DNA of 55,820 nucleotides, taken from positions 1 through 55,820 of the forward strand of contig JAWAQK010000010.1 of the NCBI GenBank assembly GCA_038893995.1, in the 5' to 3' direction. Of this stretch, positions 50,233-55,820 are shown one piece after another. Origin of the DNA: Candidatus Thorarchaeota archaeon. Lineage in GTDB: Archaea > Asgardarchaeota > Thorarchaeia > Thorarchaeales > Thorarchaeaceae. Positions within the stretch are counted from its first letter, which is position 1, and the number at the start of each line of letters is the position of its first letter. The notes under the pieces are model-generated. The model was not told the origin of the DNA and did no database searches. It saw only the letters and a list, made by a program, of their open reading frames with translations. The position numbers were made by a program, and so were the translations under genes.

Positions 50233-50810
50233 AACACCCCCTTCGAGCTGGCGACTGTCTCTCGTCTCATGTCTGGACTGATGGCCTGCCGCAGGCTGAG
50301 CCCGAGGGCCTTGAATATGGCCTCCACCGCGTGGTGGTCATTCTGAGAGTAGTGTACCGCGACATGTAGGTTGCATCTCAGCGCTGTGGCAAGGCTCCTC
50401 AGGAAGTGAGAGATGTCATCTGTTCTCCATCCCTCGACCTCCGTCGACTGTGGGACGAAGTTGATCACCCAGTACGGACGACCACCCAGGTCAAGTGCAA
50501 CAGTGACGAGAGAACAGTCCATGGGAACAGTGGCAGTCCCATAGCGGTAGATGGGGGGTCCCTGGCTCAGAGCCTCATTGAGAGCATGCCCCATACAGAG
50601 GGCCACATCCTCAGAGATGTGATGAGACAGGTCACCGGTGGCATCCACCTTGATGTCAATCAGACTGGTTGTCGCAAGCGCCTGCAACATGTGTCTGAGC
50701 ATCCCGTTGTCTAGGGAGACCTGGGCCTGGCCACTACCGTCGAGATAGACCTCCACCGTCACCCGTGTCTCAGTAGTCTCTCGGAATGCCCTGCCCGTCC
50801 TCAGCATCAT
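50229..50810 (-). CDS. hisB: imidazoleglycerol-phosphate dehydratase
   Basis: RETTET, HHISED, PMD, NDHHAVEAIFKA, SSKGVL. Start is ATG 50810, overlapping the hisC stop. Confidence 0.94.
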   Translation of the reverse strand: MMLRTGRAFRETTETRVTVEVYLDGSGQAQVSLDNGMLRHMLQALATTSLIDIKVDATGDLSHHISEDVALCMGHALNEALSQGPPIYRYGTATVPMDCSLVTVALDLGGRPYWVINFVPQSTEVEGWRTDDISHFLRSLATALRCNLHVAVHYSQNDHHAVEAIFKALGLSLRQAISPDMRRETVASSKGVL

Positions 50811-51898
50811 CTGCTCATCACCTCCTCCAGGGCCGCCACGAACGGGTCCAGCACCTCCTCGGGCGGGACCGTGACCCTCAACAGGTTGGACCACCGCCCC
50901 TCCTGGCCTATGTCACGGATCACGAAGCCTCGCTGCCTCATCTCCGCGGCCACCTCTGCCGACGGTCGGTCGCAACTCAAGAGAATGAAGTTTGCATCAG
51001 ACCTGTACGGGATCACGCCCGGAATCCTGTGAAGCCTCGCGAAGAGTCGGTCCCTCACAGATCTCAGTATGTCACAGCTACGAAGCACCACATCCCTTCT
51101 TCTCAGCATCTGCCGTCCGATGAGGAGGGCAGCGGAGGACACTGGATACGGAGGCTGAAGATGCTTGCGGAGTCGCGTGACCAGCAGATTGTTGGCCACG
51201 CAGTACCCGAGCCTGAGTGAGGCAAGGCCGAAGGCCTTGGACATGGTCCTCAACACGATGACATTGTCCAGATTCATAGGTATGCGGACGAATGATGTCC
51301 TCCCAAATTCCGCGTAGGCCTCATCCAGCACGAGAACACCCTCGAACTCATTCATCAGACGTAGTATGTCCTCGTCTCGGTATTGATTGCCGGTCGGATT
51401 GTTTGGAGAACACAGAAACAGCATGTCGTCAGGGCGACTGTCAGCCAGCAGCGTATCTACGTCAAGCTCAAAGTCCCCCTGCAGGCTGATCGACACCACT
51501 CCTGCACCTAACCTGGCCGCACAGACTCGATACATTGAGAACGTGGGGACGACCGTCACGGCCCTGCCTCCCCCACCTCTGAGGAATGCTGTGGTCAACA
51601 GGCCGATGAGATCGTCGCTGCCAGCACCGACCAGTACGCATGAGGGTTCAACACCCACGTACTCGGCAAGGTCATGGATCAGTGACTCCTGGTCTGCCTG
51701 GCTGTAGGTCCGAGGGTCCAGGTCCCTCACGGCCTCAGCTACAACAGAACGCATGAAGTCCTCCGGCAGGAACAGATTCTCGTTGCGATCCAATCTGACC
51801 ACCGGCCGCCCACCGATAGATGAGACATCGTCACGGGGTACCTCGTAGACTGGAAGCACTGCTAGTCTCTCAATCAACCTAGAGACAGACGTCCTCAA
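50807..51898 (-). CDS. hisC: histidinol-phosphate aminotransferase
   Basis: LDRNEN, GSDD, PTFSMY, CSPNNPTG, LDEAY, LRTMSKAFGLASLRLGY. Confidence 0.94.
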   Translation of the reverse strand: MRTSVSRLIERLAVLPVYEVPRDDVSSIGGRPVVRLDRNENLFLPEDFMRSVVAEAVRDLDPRTYSQADQESLIHDLAEYVGVEPSCVLVGAGSDDLIGLLTTAFLRGGGGRAVTVVPTFSMYRVCAARLGAGVVSISLQGDFELDVDTLLADSRPDDMLFLCSPNNPTGNQYRDEDILRLMNEFEGVLVLDEAYAEFGRTSFVRIPMNLDNVIVLRTMSKAFGLASLRLGYCVANNLLVTRLRKHLQPPYPVSSAALLIGRQMLRRRDVVLRSCDILRSVRDRLFARLHRIPGVIPYRSDANFILLSCDRPSAEVAAEMRQRGFVIRDIGQEGRWSNLLRVTVPPEEVLDPFVAALEEVMSR

Positions 51899-53190
51899 TT
51901 CCGAAACCTCCCTTGAACTGCTACAGCATGGTTGTCGAGACGCTCAGCCCTTGCGAGTTCAATCACTGACTGTTCCAGTTGTCTGAGCCCATCCTCCGAG
52001 CATTCGACCGAGTACACTGACCTGATGAAGTCGAGGACAGACAGACCAGAGAAGACCGCCGCATGACCTGACGTCGGCAGCACGTGATTCACACCGATAG
52101 CGTAGTCGCTTGCAGCCACAGGTGTAAACGCACCAAGCAGTATCAGGCCTGCGTTCTTGACCATATCTCTCACCCGGTGCGGACTCCTAGTAATTATCTC
52201 GAGATGCTCGGGCGCAATGAGATCGGATAGTCTGACACAGTCCTCGATGTTGTCGCAGACATAGATCGCCCCATTGCGCCTGAGAGACTCACGCACTGTG
52301 TTCTCCCTAGAGACCGTGCCCAACCGCATCTCAAGCTCATCAAGTGTCCTTCGAGCAAGTATCGGCGAGTCAGTGATGAGTACAGACATAGCATCTGCGC
52401 TGTGTTCAGCCTGGGATATCATGTCCAGAGCGATGAGCCTGGGGTCAGCACTATCGTCAGCGATCACGATGAGCTCGCTTGGACCCGCAGGCATGTCTAT
52501 TGCCACATCTCCAGATACGAGTTTCTTGGCCAGAGTCACGTAGGCATTTCCGGGTCCAACGATCTTGTCAACTGGACGAATACTCTCAGTCCCGTAGGCG
52601 AGCGCCGCGATGGCCTGAGCTCCGCCCACCATGAAGACCTCGTCAACCCCGGAGATGTCACAGGCCACCAGAGTAAGTGCAGCGCTCTTGAGCTCACGCG
52701 GCGGAGTGCACACGACCAGCCTCGACACGCCTGCGACTCGTGCTGGTACGGCGCACATCATGACCGTGCTCGGATAGTCTGCCTCTCCTCCAGGAACGTA
52801 GCAACCTATCTCCGAGATGGGTCTTGTGTGCATCTGAATGTGGGTCCCGTCAATGTCAAGTGATAGTCTGAGTGTTTCCAGCGTGGCATTTGCGACTCTC
52901 TCTAGACGCCTCCTTGCCGTCTTCAGGGCCTCAACCTGCTCGGGCGACACATGTTCGTAGGCTGCCTCGATCTGAGAACGGGTCACTCGAAGGTCACTTC
53001 GACTCACATCTCTGTGATCCAGCTCACGGGTGAGTCGGACCAACGCAGCATCGCCCTCTCGACGCACAGAGCTGATGATGGCTCTCACTCTCTGCGTCAG
53101 GACATCAGACTTGTCTCGACCACGACGCCATGTCCGTGCGTCCTCGTTGAATTGACGCGGGTCGATCCTCGCGTACTTGATCTCAATCAA
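51895..53190 (-). CDS. hisD: histidinol dehydrogenase
   Basis: YVPGG, GGAQAIAALAYGT, GPGNAYV, DMPAGPSE, SQAEH, APEHL, NHVLPT. Start is likely TTG 53190, overlapping the hisG stop. Confidence 0.95.
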   Translation of the reverse strand: MIEIKYARIDPRQFNEDARTWRRGRDKSDVLTQRVRAIISSVRREGDAALVRLTRELDHRDVSRSDLRVTRSQIEAAYEHVSPEQVEALKTARRRLERVANATLETLRLSLDIDGTHIQMHTRPISEIGCYVPGGEADYPSTVMMCAVPARVAGVSRLVVCTPPRELKSAALTLVACDISGVDEVFMVGGAQAIAALAYGTESIRPVDKIVGPGNAYVTLAKKLVSGDVAIDMPAGPSELIVIADDSADPRLIALDMISQAEHSADAMSVLITDSPILARRTLDELEMRLGTVSRENTVRESLRRNGAIYVCDNIEDCVRLSDLIAPEHLEIITRSPHRVRDMVKNAGLILLGAFTPVAASDYAIGVNHVLPTSGHAAVFSGLSVLDFIRSVYSVECSEDGLRQLEQSVIELARAERLDNHAVAVQGRFRN

Positions 53191-54163
53191 TGTCCACACA
53201 CTCCGTCCTCTCGAGTGGCAAGACCTGCCTGGGTTCGAAGACGACCAGTCCTTGTGCAAGTCTTCTGAGCTCTGGCAGGAGCGACAGAAACTCATCTCTG
53301 TCCACCACAGTATTCACGGCAACCCAGTCTGGATCAGACAGGGGAGAGACCGTTGGACTCCGGAGCGCAGGCAACCTGCCGAGCAACTCACTCAGCTTTT
53401 CGTGCCTCACATTGATGAATATGTGGAGCTTCTTTCTGCCCTCGACGACACCCCTGAGCAATATGGCCACGTCGAGTATCTTCTCACGCCTCAGCTCGTC
53501 ATTGAGCGCCTCTCTGTTGGCTATCAGTACCGCCGTTGAGGTGAGCAGTCTCTGGATCGACTTCAGCCCATTCTGTTCGAGGGATGTGCCTGTGTCGGTG
53601 ACCTCGACTATCGCATCGGCTGCGGTGGGAGGCTTGGCCTCTGTCGCACCGAATGAGAGGTACACGACCACCCGGTTGTTCTGACCTGTGCGCCACCAGG
53701 GAGTGACCACCATGGGCTCCAAGTCCCCGTAGAGGTCCCTGTAGGTGCTATCGCCCATCAGACATCTCTTCGTCAACGTGAGGTATTCGGTGAATATTCG
53801 CAGGGGTCTGCTCTCAGAATGAAAGAGGCGTAGCAGGTCTCCTAGCGAGCCAACATTCATCATGTCTTTCGGAACAGCAACCACGATCGACACCGGTGCA
53901 TACTCGAGGTCGAGCAGTATCTCCACGTCGGCCTCCGTCTCTCTCACCCAGTCGTGGCCCGTGATACCGATGTCCTGAATGCCCTCGTTGACGAATATGG
54001 GAATCTCCTGAGGACGCAGAATGCGGAGATGTATGCCAGGGTCATTGATCGAGGGCTGATAGGTCCGCTTCTCACCTGAGATGCGGTAGCCCGCTGCACG
54101 GAGAATCTCTAGTGTTGGATCGCCCAAGTGTCCATTAGGTATAGCCATTCTTACTTTCTGCAT
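53183..54163 (-). CDS. hisG: ATP phosphoribosyltransferase (long form)
   Basis: MAIPNGHL, RPQEIP, DIGITGHDW, GATE, TGTSLEQNGL, C-terminal regulatory domain (LPALRSPTVSPL). Start at ATG 54163. Confidence 0.93.
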   Translation of the reverse strand: MQKVRMAIPNGHLGDPTLEILRAAGYRISGEKRTYQPSINDPGIHLRILRPQEIPIFVNEGIQDIGITGHDWVRETEADVEILLDLEYAPVSIVVAVPKDMMNVGSLGDLLRLFHSESRPLRIFTEYLTLTKRCLMGDSTYRDLYGDLEPMVVTPWWRTGQNNRVVVYLSFGATEAKPPTAADAIVEVTDTGTSLEQNGLKSIQRLLTSTAVLIANREALNDELRREKILDVAILLRGVVEGRKKLHIFINVRHEKLSELLGRLPALRSPTVSPLSDPDWVAVNTVVDRDEFLSLLPELRRLAQGLVVFEPRQVLPLERTECVDID

Positions 54164-54785
54164 CGATAGATCACCCTTCCAAGCACTGACGTACCAGAAA
54201 GACATCCCTCACTCATCGTACCGCATTGGATGAGCTGAGCGAGGGGGCATACAGAACGAGTCGGAGTACTGAGTGAGAGAAGTTCAAGCCGAACTAGCAC
54301 TGCAGGCTCTTCGTCATAGATGAACGCGACCGCCTCTTGTGAACGCAGTCCCTCACTTCATTCATCTCCAATACCAGCTGCGGGGACCCTCGCTTAAAGA
54401 GCTTTTCTCTTCGTAGACACCACGTATGGCGCACCCAGAGTCTTCCGAGAATTCGGCCAGCAGCCGAGTGACGAGCCCCATGAGCGACGTGGCGGGTACG
54501 GACCTCTCCGGAGGACATCTCGTGTCGTGGGCAGACGACCCAGTCCAGTGATCAGGAACTAGAGTACCGACACGACCAGTCCGAGTGCCAGCAGCATCTG
54601 CCTGATTCCTCACGACACGGCAGATCTGAGCCCTCTATCAGCCGCTTCCGCATCAATAAGGGCAGGACAATGCTCAGACGGCCGGATCGACGCCCGGGGG
54701 CACACACAACTGTGGGGGAGGAGATGACTATGCGACGCAGGGAAACGTGTGTCTGCCTGGGCGGGTAACGATCCGTCTGCAAGCC

Positions 54786-55820
54786 TCAGAAGAATGTGGG
54801 GCCCCGCTCTGGAGCCCAACCACCAGGGTCCATCTTCTGGACCTCGCTGAGAGGGAGCAACTCGACCAGTTCGTACTCCCTGTTGCCCAGGCCGTGTTTC
54901 ACAGCGAAGTCGATCACCCGGTAAGGGTTCTTCATCGGCCCATGGAGCACCTGGAAGGGGTGCAGTCCCGGTGAGGGGTGCCTGTTGATCCTCATGTACG
55001 AATCAGGGATCATCCCGACAGTCTTCTCCTCGAGACCTGTCTTTGCAATCATGTCCAGGCTGGCCGTGTCCACCGCCACGATGTCCCTGCTGGCCAGCAA
55101 CCCGATGTCAGGTACAACGTTCGGCATGCCCATGCCCATGCAGTCGCAGAACGGCGTGATATCGAAGAGGAAATTGAAGAAGAACCGCTTGTCACTGTCG
55201 AAGTTGTCAAGCACAGCCTTCGCCGAGAGGGCCATCATCTCCTGGAACGAGTCAAATACATCAGGGATGACACGCCACCCAGTCTTGCCGCCATCGGCCC
55301 TCACACACGACTTCTCGTCCTCGTGACATTGGTCGCAGGTATAGGGTTCTAGCAATAGCCGTCCCTTCTTCTCATCCCAGCGCAGCGCCTTCACGGGGCA
55401 CGATGCGATCAGGCTCTCTGCATGTTCTCGAGTCATCTTGGACCTGTCGTAGAGCTCATGTTCAAAGACCACACCATGGATCTTGTTCCATCTCGACGGA
55501 CCACTATATCCGCCGAGTGCGATGTTCTTGATTGAGCCCCCGAAACCACAGTTTCCGTGGCCCTTGCCGTGGGTGATCACTACCAATGCGTCTGAGTCAT
55601 GAAGCACGCCTGCAAGCTCCAGCTCGTCTACATTCATGAAGCCTATTCTCTCGCGGACCGTGTATCTGTCCTTCACCCCTGCAATGGGGATTATGGGGCA
55701 ACCGACTGTCTCTGCAGTGTACCCCCGCACAGCAGCCTGATACACAGCGGTCGGATTGTCGGTGACAAAGGGGTAGGCACCTGTCTTCTTGATGGCATCA
55801 ACTACACGCCTGACAAAGTA
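54786..55820 (-). CDS. DUF362-domain Fe-S protein (5' end beyond right edge)
   Basis: Frame is open to the window edge (YFVRRVVDAIKKTGAYPFVTD...). Motifs THGKGH, GFGGSIKNIALG, CPVKAL...CDQC, ITPFCDC, PDIGLLASRDIVAVD. Confidence 0.85.
   Translation of the reverse strand, partial: YFVRRVVDAIKKTGAYPFVTDNPTAVYQAAVRGYTAETVGCPIIPIAGVKDRYTVRERIGFMNVDELELAGVLHDSDALVVITHGKGHGNCGFGGSIKNIALGGYSGPSRWNKIHGVVFEHELYDRSKMTREHAESLIASCPVKALRWDEKKGRLLLEPYTCDQCHEDEKSCVRADGGKTGWRVIPDVFDSFQEMMALSAKAVLDNFDSDKRFFFNFLFDITPFCDCMGMGMPNVVPDIGLLASRDIVAVDTASLDMIAKTGLEEKTVGMIPDSYMRINRHPSPGLHPFQVLHGPMKNPYRVIDFAVKHGLGNREYELVELLPLSEVQKMDPGGWAPERGPTFF

Noticed and set aside
1-55820. tRNA, rRNA, CRISPR arrays, transposases or integrases
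   Set aside because: None recognised by eye. tRNAscan-SE, Infernal and a CRISPR finder would be needed to exclude them formally.

Overview
Archaeal genomic window with moderately high GC, TATA/BRE-type promoters and many GTG/TTG starts. It is most likely an Asgard archaeon (Thorarchaeia-like), inferred from a stand-alone gelsolin domain, a Rab-like fold protein, WD40, HEAT and B-box proteins. Left to right: a WD40 beta-propeller gene cut by the left edge (absent from the ORF track); a divergent three-gene operon encoding a ~880-aa helical rod, a divergent tubulin/FtsZ/CetZ-superfamily GTPase and a 360-aa helical protein (top candidate for an undescribed cytoskeletal system); an ADP-forming acyl-CoA ligase alpha subunit; type-2 IPP isomerase; a de novo purine cluster (purN, purF, two purP-family genes, purC-purS fusion, purQ, purL, purE-purM fusion, purD, guaA); an ECF transporter whose S component and a neighbouring surface protein carry Cys-less molybdopterin-oxidoreductase-like domains; adenine deaminase; two Zn-ribbon/B-box membrane proteins; VIT1/CCC1; a PLP desulfhydrase; a Rab-like pseudo-GTPase; a MoxR-VWA pair; single-domain gelsolin; DUF106/TMCO1; MFS; a HEAT+winged-helix protein; hydrolases; a hisGDCBHAFI operon; and a DUF362 Fe-S gene cut by the right edge. 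No rRNA, tRNA, CRISPR array or mobile element was recognised. All calls come from motif recognition by eye, with no database searches.
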